A stretch of 64,000 bases of DNA from an uncultured Nitrososphaerota archaeon. GTDB lineage: Archaea; Thermoproteota; EX4484-205; JAAOZO01. The notes under the pieces are model-generated. The model was not told the origin of the DNA and made no database searches. It was given only the letters and a program-made list of their open reading frames with translations. The DNA is taken from positions 29,848 through 93,847 of the forward strand of contig CAYOYV010000003.1 in NCBI GenBank assembly GCA_964408285.1. The letters run 5' to 3'. The position numbers and the translations under genes are program-made. Shown here piece by piece: positions 50,221-59,534 of this stretch. How positions within the stretch are numbered: the stretch's first letter is position 1; the number at the start of each line of letters is the position of its first letter.

Positions 50221-50865
50221 CTATTCGCGCATGAAACTGTCCAAGTCCGACACAAGAGCCTCGAATGTTTGGCCGAATATCCTCAAACCGATTTCCGGAT
50301 TCGCCTTTTTCGGATCTCCCGTCACCCCGAATGAGGGATCGGCGTACTTCATCATCTCTAATTTCGCCATACTTGGCCTAAGGTAGAGGATTTGAGATGT
50401 GAGGAAAGGATTGCCGGGGGAAAGCGGATCCTCGCCTTCAAGCTCAGGTACCTTCGGATAGTTCTGCCACAGTCCCAGTGCCTTCTTCTTTCCGGGGATC
50501 TGACCAAGAACAGTCTGGCATGCTTCAAGGTCTTTTTTGCCATTGCACAGAATGGCCGTCCTTTCGATTCTTAGCGTCTTGAGGCCTTTGGAGGATTCCA
50601 GAATTGCAGCCTTGAAAGCACTTTCTGAGGAAGGCAACAAGCTCCTTTCACTCAGGGTGGTTAGGACGATCGGGTTGAGGAATAGATATGGATGCAGCCT
50701 CTCTGTAAGTCTATGTGAATATTCCCCGACCAGTTCTATTTCCGATCCAGAAGCAAGATGAGGACCATGGTCCACAAGACCAGCGATTGGAATCAAGCCT
50801 GCCAAGGCCTGCTTCGATCTGTATCTGAATTCCGGACCTGTCATCTCGCCTGTTGAAGGTAGCAT
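50221..50865 (-). CDS. Creatininase/ArfB-family homologue with degenerate metal site
   Basis: LIPIAGLVDHGPHLASGSE resembles xPxGSxEQHGPHLPxGTD; GVTGDPKKANPEIG C-terminal motif; the NGHGGN and HAG..ETS motifs are lost. Confidence 0.65.
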   Translation of the reverse strand: MLPSTGEMTGPEFRYRSKQALAGLIPIAGLVDHGPHLASGSEIELVGEYSHRLTERLHPYLFLNPIVLTTLSERSLLPSSESAFKAAILESSKGLKTLRIERTAILCNGKKDLEACQTVLGQIPGKKKALGLWQNYPKVPELEGEDPLSPGNPFLTSQILYLRPSMAKLEMMKYADPSFGVTGDPKKANPEIGLRIFGQTFEALVSDLDSFMRE

Positions 50866-50885
50866 GGGCCACGGAATCAGCAAGC

Positions 50886-50896
50886 CATTAATATAG
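50886..50896. promoter_or_regulatory. Shared TATA (TTAATATA) for the divergent creatininase-like and HDAC genes
   Basis: Lies 23-30 nt from ATG 50865 (minus strand) and about 29 nt from ATG 50924 (plus strand). Confidence 0.5.
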
Positions 50897-50923
50897 CTTC
50901 CGACTTTACGCGCAGTGGACTCA

Positions 50924-51883
50924 ATGGTTCAATCACAGCGCAGGGCCCTTGGCTTGGTCTATGGAAAAGAACTGCTATCATACGATTTCGGCCCTAATCA
51001 CTATATGAACGCAAAGAGGCTGATATCTTTTTTCGAGGCAGTTCAGTCATCAAGTCTATTGACCGATAGAAGAATATCCGTTCTGAATCCGAGGAAGGCA
51101 ACACGAGAGGAATTAGCGCTCTATCACGATGAAACTTACATAGGATTCGTCAAGAAGGCATCGGAAAGAGGAACGGGCCTGCTGGACTATGGAGACACTC
51201 CTGTGTTTCCAGGGATTTTCGAAGCAGCATCATATGTGGTTGGGTCCTCTCTCGCGGCATTGGATGCCGTGATGAAGGGAGAAGTGACCTACTCCATGAA
51301 TCCAATGGGAGGAATGCATCATGCAAGGAAGAATCGAGCAGCTGGCTTCTGCGTCTTCAATGATGTAGGGGTCATAATCGAAAAGTCAAGAAGGGAATAT
51401 GGCCTTGCCAGGATCCTGTATGTGGATCTGGATGCCCATCACGGGGACGGCGTGATGTATGACTATTATGACGATCCTAACCTGTACATCGCGGACTTCC
51501 ATGAGGATGGGAGATACCTATATCCTGGAACAGGATTCACCGATGAGACAGGGGGTTCCAATGCTGCCGGGACAAAATTGAACTTGCCCCTAAGGCCGGG
51601 CGCCAGAGATGCCGAATTCCTCGACAAGTTCCAAACGATGAAGGAGTTCGTATCTGCACTCTCCGTCGATCTGACAATAGTGCAGGCTGGCGTCGACTCC
51701 ATCGCCGGAGACCTTTCTCACCTAGATTTGACCATGAATTCGCATCTTGCTGTCATCTCTTTCCTAAAGAAGCGCGCCGCATCGAGTTCGAAAGGTCCCT
51801 TGATCGTTCTGGGGGGAGGCGGTTATAATCCCAGAAATACTTCGGCAGTCTGGCTCTCAATAGTCAAGAATCTCATCGGATGA
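50924..51883 (+). CDS. Zn-dependent histone deacetylase superfamily protein (AcuC-like)
   Basis: FGPNH, GDTP, GGMHHA, GFCVFND, DLDAHHGDG, GVDS, GGGGY. Confidence 0.93.
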   Translation: MVQSQRRALGLVYGKELLSYDFGPNHYMNAKRLISFFEAVQSSSLLTDRRISVLNPRKATREELALYHDETYIGFVKKASERGTGLLDYGDTPVFPGIFEAASYVVGSSLAALDAVMKGEVTYSMNPMGGMHHARKNRAAGFCVFNDVGVIIEKSRREYGLARILYVDLDAHHGDGVMYDYYDDPNLYIADFHEDGRYLYPGTGFTDETGGSNAAGTKLNLPLRPGARDAEFLDKFQTMKEFVSALSVDLTIVQAGVDSIAGDLSHLDLTMNSHLAVISFLKKRAASSSKGPLIVLGGGGYNPRNTSAVWLSIVKNLIG

Positions 51884-51953
51884 TCATTGGCAGACACCCT
51901 TTTGCCGAATAAAAGAAGGATTTTTTATACTTCTGAAGATGGATTTCCTATGT

Positions 51954-54674
51954 ATGAGGATAAGGGGTATCTATCTACATTGCCTCGTTATAGTGGCAAT
52001 CGGGCTATCTGCCTTAGAACCGGGAACAAGTGCCTCGGAATCGGCCCCAGAGCGATTTGAGGGAACTGGCCCCGTTCTCTCAAGCAGAATCGTGGCGAAG
52101 ACCTCTTCGGAGACATTCACGATGAAAGGAATCATTCAAGGAGTTCCAGGTTATTCAGCTGGGAATTTGGAATCCGCGGCTTCTGCTGGTTCCGTTGCTG
52201 TAGGAATCTTCCAATCTCCCAAATGGTCAGATGTATATTGGGCCATGAGAAACTATGGGAGTTCGACGAGCGGGGAATTCGTCCTATTCCAGAATGATGT
52301 ATTCCAGGTCCGCTATGGCAATTACAATACATGGAAGTATGTTGCATTGAATTCGAGCTATCCAAGTTTGAGGCAGAATTTCACTGTTCCTTCTTCCTCA
52401 GTCGGATTCACTACCAACTATACATGGCTAGTGGTCAGAGTCAACTCGGGAACCGCGAGATTCCATCTCGAGATCTGGAATTACGGGCTGATAAGTTTCG
52501 GAATAACGTCTCAATCAGTTGAGGTTTCAGGACCGTATGACCCCTGGTGGGTCTCTCTAAGGATGCCCAGCACTAGGAATCTCACAAATGAAACATACAG
52601 GATAGAGGCAGTCTGGGAATCGGGTTCAGGACTTGAAGTCCTGTTGATAGACAACTTCAGAGACGCCGATGACAGGGCTTCAGGGAATGCGCAATTGCTC
52701 AATTCAACATCATCGATTTACCTGAACATGTCGGGACTCATGATGGAGAGCGTGCTGACACAACCAGAATTGGATTCGTATTCGACCTTCTTTAGTGCTT
52801 GGCAGGGCTCTCTACGCCTTCGCAACTTGATCATCTACCTTAAGGGAAGAAATCTGCCCCAAAGCAACGTAACTGCTTCCGTCAATTCCACGCAGTTCGG
52901 CAAGGGCCTTGTTCCGGCAATATACCTCCCGTTTCCTTTTGACCAGATTGGGTTCACATCAACTGTAAGGGGATCCGCGTCTTTTTCAGGAGGAACCATA
53001 TCGTTTTCATCGGATCTAAACAAGCTCAACCAGAGCCGAGTCAAGTACGATAGAGATCACATCCCTCCTTTTCCAAGACCTTTCGCCTATCTGTCAATCA
53101 AGACGGATTCCGTCGAAAAACCGTGGGCATACTGGGAGATCTCTGCTGTGGATTGGTCTGTGCGAGTGCAGGATGCATACGGAGCTCTGCACCCTCTACC
53201 TGCCACAGAAGTAAGACAACTGGAGTCGGGATTGAAGGTCAGCTATCCTATCTATGTCTTCCCCAATGCATTCCCGTCCTATGGCTTCCTCAACTTCACG
53301 ATGGCTCTCAACTACACGATAGAGGCTTCGTCGAACGGGCCTCAATTCTTCACTAACTATACAGTGTTTCCGGAAAGCCTTGCTCGCTGGATGATTTCGA
53401 ATCCTGCAGTAGCTTTCACAGCAGCACGTGGATCAAATGTGACGATCAAGATAGACTCCATACCGAACGAATGGGACATACGAAGCGCGAGCGTTACAGC
53501 AGGTCCCGGAGGAGGAATCCCGGTTGTTTTGATCCAGACAGGCAGTATCCTAATTCGCAACATTCTGATGGGGAATATGACATCATACTCTGGCTCAGTT
53601 ATTCTCAACATGGATGCACCCAATTTCCTTGATACGCTGACTTCCTATGTGCAATACAGATGGAAGAATTCGACAACCTCTTTCTTCTTGAGGGGGGACG
53701 CAATGAGAATTGATGCAAGGGCCTCTTCTACCCTGCCCGACTATCCCCCAGGAAAGATCTCACTGGAAGTTAAAGGGCCTTCTGGTTCTATATTTAGCCA
53801 AGTTTTCGGCCAAGAAAACGAGAACGGTGTTGCCACTGGCGACATTCAGCTGAGCCTAGCTGGGACGCACATCGTGATCGCTACATACAGATCTCTCGAT
53901 GGATTCAGAGTTGGTATATTCAGGGGAGAATGCGGCGTACTACAAGTCAGAAGTGCTATCGAGAAGGACAGGGTTCTCTTGAGTTCCGCAAGAGTGTCAA
54001 TAGAACTTGAACCCTCAGACATGGGACTAGTGGGTTCTGGCACGTTAGCGCTTGTCTCCCCCAATGGAACCATTTCAGGCTTATCAACTGATAGGATCAA
54101 TAACAAACTGGTGAAGACGATTTCTTTCCTGCAGACGGATCCAAGTGTGATAGGTAATTGGAGTGTCATACCTTCGATTGTCTTCCCGAATGGTCTATCA
54201 AGGGATCTCTCCCCGCTTAGATTCCGAGTGCTCGATGATATCCCACCTAACATCACGAATGTATTTCAATTGCCAAAGGAGACCACCTTTCTTGATCCTG
54301 TGAATGTGACGATCGTGGTCGACGATAAGGGAACGGGAGTGAATTCGGTCTGGATTTCTTACTCGATCGGAGATAGCAGCACGAGAAATAACATCACCGC
54401 CGTGAGACTTCGCCAAGGAATCTATTCTGCAACCATTCCGCGGCAATCCCCCTTCACAAGGGTCTCGTATTGGGTCTGTGCCGATGATAAGGCGAAGAAC
54501 TCTAGTGAGCTGGGGCCATACTCATACGAGGTTTTGATACCCATCTGGATGTGGGCCGTTGCAGCCGCGATACTCATTCTATTGGGAATAGGGATCCTAA
54601 TCCAATACAGGCAAGAAGCACGAAAATCAGAGCCCGGTGCCCCTCCGGCGCCGATTCAACCTCTTGGCACGTGA
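51954..54674 (+). CDS. Large secreted, C-terminally anchored surface glycoprotein
   Basis: Signal peptide, many N-x-S/T sequons, beta-rich body, DDIPPNITNV Ig-like domain, C-terminal TM; TATA position favours ATG 51954. Confidence 0.7.
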   Translation: MRIRGIYLHCLVIVAIGLSALEPGTSASESAPERFEGTGPVLSSRIVAKTSSETFTMKGIIQGVPGYSAGNLESAASAGSVAVGIFQSPKWSDVYWAMRNYGSSTSGEFVLFQNDVFQVRYGNYNTWKYVALNSSYPSLRQNFTVPSSSVGFTTNYTWLVVRVNSGTARFHLEIWNYGLISFGITSQSVEVSGPYDPWWVSLRMPSTRNLTNETYRIEAVWESGSGLEVLLIDNFRDADDRASGNAQLLNSTSSIYLNMSGLMMESVLTQPELDSYSTFFSAWQGSLRLRNLIIYLKGRNLPQSNVTASVNSTQFGKGLVPAIYLPFPFDQIGFTSTVRGSASFSGGTISFSSDLNKLNQSRVKYDRDHIPPFPRPFAYLSIKTDSVEKPWAYWEISAVDWSVRVQDAYGALHPLPATEVRQLESGLKVSYPIYVFPNAFPSYGFLNFTMALNYTIEASSNGPQFFTNYTVFPESLARWMISNPAVAFTAARGSNVTIKIDSIPNEWDIRSASVTAGPGGGIPVVLIQTGSILIRNILMGNMTSYSGSVILNMDAPNFLDTLTSYVQYRWKNSTTSFFLRGDAMRIDARASSTLPDYPPGKISLEVKGPSGSIFSQVFGQENENGVATGDIQLSLAGTHIVIATYRSLDGFRVGIFRGECGVLQVRSAIEKDRVLLSSARVSIELEPSDMGLVGSGTLALVSPNGTISGLSTDRINNKLVKTISFLQTDPSVIGNWSVIPSIVFPNGLSRDLSPLRFRVLDDIPPNITNVFQLPKETTFLDPVNVTIVVDDKGTGVNSVWISYSIGDSSTRNNITAVRLRQGIYSATIPRQSPFTRVSYWVCADDKAKNSSELGPYSYEVLIPIWMWAVAAAILILLGIGILIQYRQEARKSEPGAPPAPIQPLGT

Positions 54675-55924
54675 TCAGCGTTCGATTGGACTAGTTTGCT
54701 ATATATCTCAAGTGTCTGGTTCGCCACCATTTCCCAAGTGAAATATTTCTCTGCTCTTCTCCTGCCATTTATGCCCCACCTCTTCGCATCTCCTGGATTT
54801 CCAAGCATGGCTTTGATTCCCCATCCAATGTCCGTAGGCTCGTTTCCGTTGACATGTATCCCGCACTGGTCCGGACCCGAAGGTACTACTTGTTCCCTAA
54901 AGCCAACGACGCCGTTTGCGCCCACGACAACTGGCTTCTCCATGGCCATGGCCTCGAGACAAACGATTCCGAAGGGTTCATATGTGCTTGGGAACACAGC
55001 CGCATCGCACGCTGCGTAATGGAGTATCCTCTCGTCCTCAGGAATGAACTCATACCTCACCTTTATGTTCTTCTTAATCCCGAGTCTCTCTGCCAGTTCT
55101 ATTATGTAGTCCTGCTGTTCGCCTTTTCCCAAGATGACAAGCTTTGTCTTCGGATGCTCTGCTAGGACGTCAGGCATTGCCTGGATCAGATTCGCAATGC
55201 CCTTAATCCAAGTCAGTCTACCTATGAAAAGCAGCATATTCTCATCATCCGCTATCTCATAGAACTTCCTGATCTCCTTGACTTTTTCGACTGGGGCCTT
55301 CGCAGGATCATACGTATCGATATCAATCCCATTCCACACGACAGAGATCTTGTCGCTTGGCCAACCGTGTTTCTCCAAGTCATCCTTCATTGCATAGCTG
55401 ACCGTGATGATCCTATCTACTGAGCGAGATGCCTCAAGTTCCAAGTGACTGATGATTCTAGAGCCTTCTCCTGACCTCCCCCATTCTGTGGAGTGGACAT
55501 GGAAGATGCTGGGTATCCTCGGCAATTCGTTCTTAATGCTTATACCTGAAAGTGCGCTGAGCCAATCATGGAATGCTACTATACTGTGTTCCAGCTTCAG
55601 CTTCTTCTCCAATTGGTTCACGAACTTAGCAGTCGAGAGAACATTGTAGACCAACACGTCATTGAAGAACCTGATCTGAGGCCCCCATTTTATGATATCA
55701 TCGGTCACAAACAGGGGGAAGACATTCGATATGTTGACAAGCTTGGGTCGATGTACTTCTACGCCTTGCGTTACTTCTCTTGTGGGTAGATTGCCGGGAT
55801 TCAGGCTTAGGACCGTAACATCATGTCCCTTCTTCACGAATTCCCGGGTTATGTATCCAGCATATGTACCCAGACCACCAACGAGCATGGGTGGATATTC
55901 CCAGACAAGAAAGGCAAGTCTCAT
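54656..55924 (-). CDS. Glycosyltransferase family 4 (glycogen-synthase-like)
   Basis: WEYPP..VGGLG, HDWL, HSTE, NGID, FIGRL..KG, PSTYEPFGIVCLEAMA. Confidence 0.92.
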   Translation of the reverse strand: MRLAFLVWEYPPMLVGGLGTYAGYITREFVKKGHDVTVLSLNPGNLPTREVTQGVEVHRPKLVNISNVFPLFVTDDIIKWGPQIRFFNDVLVYNVLSTAKFVNQLEKKLKLEHSIVAFHDWLSALSGISIKNELPRIPSIFHVHSTEWGRSGEGSRIISHLELEASRSVDRIITVSYAMKDDLEKHGWPSDKISVVWNGIDIDTYDPAKAPVEKVKEIRKFYEIADDENMLLFIGRLTWIKGIANLIQAMPDVLAEHPKTKLVILGKGEQQDYIIELAERLGIKKNIKVRYEFIPEDERILHYAACDAAVFPSTYEPFGIVCLEAMAMEKPVVVGANGVVGFREQVVPSGPDQCGIHVNGNEPTDIGWGIKAMLGNPGDAKRWGINGRRRAEKYFTWEMVANQTLEIYSKLVQSNADHVPRG

Positions 55925-56005
55925 CTTACATCGTATTGTTTGTCCTACGATTATATAAGGTTCGTGATGAGCATGGTTAAAAATCAGCCTTGACGCACGT
56001 AGAGC

Positions 56006-56380
56006 ATGAAGGAAGCAATCCTATCAGAAAAGGCACCGAGGCCCATCGGTCCATATTCACAGGCAATAAAGATAGGGGGACTCGTGTTTCTTTCAGGGAT
56101 AATTCCCCTTCGGCCGAGTTGCGAGGTATTGAAAGGCAACATGGCAGACCAATTCCGCTTGATCATTGAGAACGCCAAGGCGATTTTGGAATCGGCCGGG
56201 ACTTCTATGGATGACGTGATCAAGGTCACGGTCTACATGAAGGATCTGAAGGACTTCGATGCAATGAACGAGGTTTATGCTTCAGTCTTTCGGCCTCCTT
56301 TTCCAGCCAGAAGTACCGTCCAGGTTGCAGCGTTGCCAAGAAACGTGGACATTGAAGTTGACTTGATTGCAGCTGTTTAG
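56006..56380 (+). CDS. ridA: RidA-family enamine/imine deaminase
   Basis: APRPIGPYSQA, SGIIP, KVTVY, F..MNEVY, PARST (catalytic Arg), LP..V.IEVD. Confidence 0.92.
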   Translation: MKEAILSEKAPRPIGPYSQAIKIGGLVFLSGIIPLRPSCEVLKGNMADQFRLIIENAKAILESAGTSMDDVIKVTVYMKDLKDFDAMNEVYASVFRPPFPARSTVQVAALPRNVDIEVDLIAAV

Positions 56381-56387
56381 TGGCGGT

Positions 56388-57077
56388 TCAAGCTCTGTGT
56401 TTCAACAGAAAAAGCAACAATGCGAATGGCTCCTTTATCGGATCTAGTTTGCTCCTCCCCCGTTTCCTGTCCTCGAATCTAATGGGGACCTCTTTGACCG
56501 ATAGTCCTTCTTTCAACACAAGCCATGTTGCCTCGACTTGGAAGGAACGTCCGTCTGAGCTCGTTCTTTCAGAGAGTAGTCTTGCCACTCTCTCGTTGTA
56601 ACTTCTGAAGCCGGATGTGGAATCGCTGACATCAATGCCCAGAAACGAGCGGGCCAGTGAATTCGCAGTGAGAGAGATCAGCCAACGGAATCTCGACCTT
56701 TCTCCTGTCGTAGCTCCCGTGATGTACCTAGAACCTATGATCATGTCTGCCTCCGTTCCCAGCAACTTAGGAGCATCCCTTGGATCATGACTGAGATCGG
56801 CGTCCATCTGAACATATCTCTGAATGTCAGGAATCTCAAGGGCTTTCCTAAGACCTTCACGTATTGCAGATCCAATTCCCATCGGCTTGCTTCTTTGTAT
56901 CAGAACCAGATCGCCGCAAGTCCCGGCAAGGGTCTTGATTGATTCTATTGTTCCGTCTTGTGAGCCGTCATCAACTATGACTATTTTGGAGATATCTTGG
57001 TTGCTCCTCAGCTGGCCAATCAGATCAATTAGATTGTCTGCCTCATTTAGGGTCGGGATGATGACAGCAGCCCTCAA
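56388..57077 (-). CDS. GT2 polyprenol-phosphate mannose synthase-like (Dpm1 family)
   Basis: IPTLNE, VDDGSQDGT, QMDADLSHDP, GSRY, DSTSGFR, FEDRKRGRSK. Confidence 0.9.
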   Translation of the reverse strand: MRAAVIIPTLNEADNLIDLIGQLRSNQDISKIVIVDDGSQDGTIESIKTLAGTCGDLVLIQRSKPMGIGSAIREGLRKALEIPDIQRYVQMDADLSHDPRDAPKLLGTEADMIIGSRYITGATTGERSRFRWLISLTANSLARSFLGIDVSDSTSGFRSYNERVARLLSERTSSDGRSFQVEATWLVLKEGLSVKEVPIRFEDRKRGRSKLDPIKEPFALLLFLLKHRA

Positions 57078-57108
57078 GGTCTTTCTCCTTTATCGATGAG
57101 AAGAACGT

Positions 57109-58329
57109 TCAGGAGATTTCAAATGTGAACCCCTGCGCACTCAGGCAATCGGTCAGCTGCTGAAAGCTCTCTCCTATCTGAATTTCCATAGTTATCTGCA
57201 CAGTAGCCATTGACGGAGGCACATTGGGCTCATCTCTGATATGAGCCAGATCAACGACGTTGGCCCTTGCGGATGCTATGCATCCGAGGACTGTTCTAAG
57301 ACTGCCCGGCCTATCTGGTATAGTGACTGTCAGTCTTGTCAGCCTCCCGGTCTTTCTGAGACCCTGCGTGATGACCCTAGCGAGAAGAAGAGGATTCGCG
57401 TTGCCTCCGCTGACTATTGCACCGACTCTCTTTCCTGACAAGTCCATCTTTCCTGAAATTGCGCCAGCCAAGGAAGCAGCACCCGCTGGTTCAGCAACCA
57501 TTTTTGACCTTTCCAGAAGCATGAACATCGCTTTTCCGATCTCATCATCCGTGACGGTTATCATGTCGTCTATGACCTCCATGGCGATGTTGAACGTCAA
57601 TTCCCCGGGCTTCTTGACGGATATGCCATCGGCTATGGTCGCTCCCCTCTTGACTTCCGTCAATTGTCTGCGCCTGAACGATTCATAGAATGCTGGATAC
57701 TCGGAAGATTGAACACCCACTATCTTCGTGGCGGGACTCAGCTTTTTCATAACGCTCCCCAGACCGGAAATCAAGCCGCCTCCGCCAACAGGAACGAGGA
57801 GGAAATCGAGCTTTGGCGCCTGCTCATGAAGCTCGAGCCCCATCGTTCCCTGACCAGCAGCAACGTCCAGATCATCAAATGCATGAATGAACCTTGCTTT
57901 CCTTTCAATCGCATATTCTCTTGCCGATTCGTAGGAATCGTCGTAGGTATCGCCCTTAAGATGTATGACCGCCCCATATGATCTCGTAGCTTCTATCTTG
58001 TTTGGTGATGCGTATTCCGGCATGAACACATGAGTCTCTAATCCTAATGAAGATCCAGCATAGGCTACCCCTTGACCATGATTTCCAGCTGAAGAAGTGA
58101 CAACGATTCTCTCTCCTCGGCCTTTTGCCTTCCAACAGGCGTTCAGCGCGCCCCTTATCTTGAATGCCCCGGTCTTCTGCATATTCTCAAGCTTCATGAA
58201 AACCTCAGCTCCCGTGGCCTTGCTGAACGCGGCGCTCCTGACTAAGTCTGTCTTACGGACATACGCAACGATGTTTTCCATAGCCTTCTTCGATTCCTCA
58301 TAGACTTCGTCGACCCGAGAGCCTCTCAT
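57109..58329 (-). CDS. ilvA: Threonine ammonia-lyase with C-terminal ACT domain
   Basis: KLENMQKTGAFKIRGA, SAGNHGQG, PVGGGGL, EPAGA, SGGN, ACT motif PDRPGSL. Confidence 0.94.
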   Translation of the reverse strand: MRGSRVDEVYEESKKAMENIVAYVRKTDLVRSAAFSKATGAEVFMKLENMQKTGAFKIRGALNACWKAKGRGERIVVTSSAGNHGQGVAYAGSSLGLETHVFMPEYASPNKIEATRSYGAVIHLKGDTYDDSYESAREYAIERKARFIHAFDDLDVAAGQGTMGLELHEQAPKLDFLLVPVGGGGLISGLGSVMKKLSPATKIVGVQSSEYPAFYESFRRRQLTEVKRGATIADGISVKKPGELTFNIAMEVIDDMITVTDDEIGKAMFMLLERSKMVAEPAGAASLAGAISGKMDLSGKRVGAIVSGGNANPLLLARVITQGLRKTGRLTRLTVTIPDRPGSLRTVLGCIASARANVVDLAHIRDEPNVPPSMATVQITMEIQIGESFQQLTDCLSAQGFTFEIS

Positions 58330-58337
58330 ACTAGGTA

Positions 58338-58351
58338 TGAGTTCGAACTCA
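58338..58351. promoter_or_regulatory. Perfect 14-bp palindrome TGAGTTCGAACTCA between the ilvA TATA and start
   Basis: Read directly; 9-22 nt upstream of ATG 58329, next to a TATA-like ATAAAT on the minus strand. Confidence 0.45.
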
Positions 58352-58539
58352 AGGATTTATGATTTGGCTTGGCGTGCGCGCGTGACAGAGCCAAGATAAA
58401 TATCTCAATGGGGAACCCATGCGCCCATTTCCAATACTTGTCCGATCCTATGGCTGTTGAGAGACTCTCTCAGCCTCTTGGACAGTCCCCTCGGGATTTC
58501 TCTGAAACTCTAAATCCACCGTAATTGCAGGAGGAACGC

Positions 58540-59388
58540 TCATTTGACCTCAGCGCAGATCCTTTTTGCCCCAACCAAGAGCGGCTTCAGCGAGTCAAGG
58601 CTCTGTACCAGTACCTTGCCCTCCGTTCCCGAGGCGTGCACAATCTGCTTGCTTTCGATGAAAAGTGCAACATGGCCAACCCTTCTCTCAGAAGGTTGTT
58701 TGAAGAACAGCAGATCTCCAGGAAGAATCCGCGCGAAGTCAACCAGAAAGCCAGCTGTGTCATACTGCATGTGCGCATCCCTCTTCAGGCGATATCCATT
58801 CATTCCGAACACAAGCTGGGAGAACCCAGAGCAGTCCAATCCCCAAGGCGTGGTTCCGCCCCACAGATAGGGAACCCCTTGAAGGCTCAATGCTGTTTCA
58901 ATCACATCCTGACAACCCTTTCTGGGAAATGGATCTGCTGCTTGCCTTGTTATCCCGAAGGTCGTGTAGCCAATTCCACCATCAGGTAGAGCCAAAACCT
59001 TCTTGCCCTTCTTTTCCCCCGCTAGTGAGAGGCGGCTCCCCATCGGAGCTACTAAGAAAGGCTGGAATCTGGCTAAGCTCGAAGATATCGGTGTGAACGG
59101 ATCGTCGAATACAACCACTTCGCCTTGCTGACCATAAGAACGAGATCCACTTCGCATTATGCCTTTCCTTCTTATCCAACCGACATAACCATCCTCGCAT
59201 TCAACAAGAGAGAATACACCATGCTTCTTGGTCTCTTTCAGATTCTCCCCGAGTCTGGCCTGTGTCACCCTTTCCGCATCATGTCTCGGATTCGTAAGAA
59301 CATCAATGAAGGAGTCAAGAACTACCAGATTCATCTCGAACCAGTACGCCTCTATCTGATATTTAGCGCTTAGCGTGACTGCAGGCAA
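58540..59388 (-). CDS. SH3b-NlpC/P60 (C40) peptidase, YkfC/dipeptidyl-peptidase VI-like
   Basis: PYLWGG, GLDCSG (Cys), RDAHMQ, GDLLFF, HVAL (His), IVHAS (His); N-terminal VTQARLGE...DGYVGWI SH3b pattern; no signal peptide. Start may be 59334. Confidence 0.9.
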   Translation of the reverse strand: MPAVTLSAKYQIEAYWFEMNLVVLDSFIDVLTNPRHDAERVTQARLGENLKETKKHGVFSLVECEDGYVGWIRRKGIMRSGSRSYGQQGEVVVFDDPFTPISSSLARFQPFLVAPMGSRLSLAGEKKGKKVLALPDGGIGYTTFGITRQAADPFPRKGCQDVIETALSLQGVPYLWGGTTPWGLDCSGFSQLVFGMNGYRLKRDAHMQYDTAGFLVDFARILPGDLLFFKQPSERRVGHVALFIESKQIVHASGTEGKVLVQSLDSLKPLLVGAKRICAEVK

Positions 59389-59534
59389 TGTCCATGTGGG
59401 GGTAGTTCGACTGAGTTCGAGTCACACGGCAAAGGTGATAGGATGAAGGAGTCCTTCGCAATGATGATCAAGCCCTTGAGCACAATGAATAAATTGCCGA
59501 ATCAAGAGCGGAGAATGAACAGGAAGCGCAAAGA

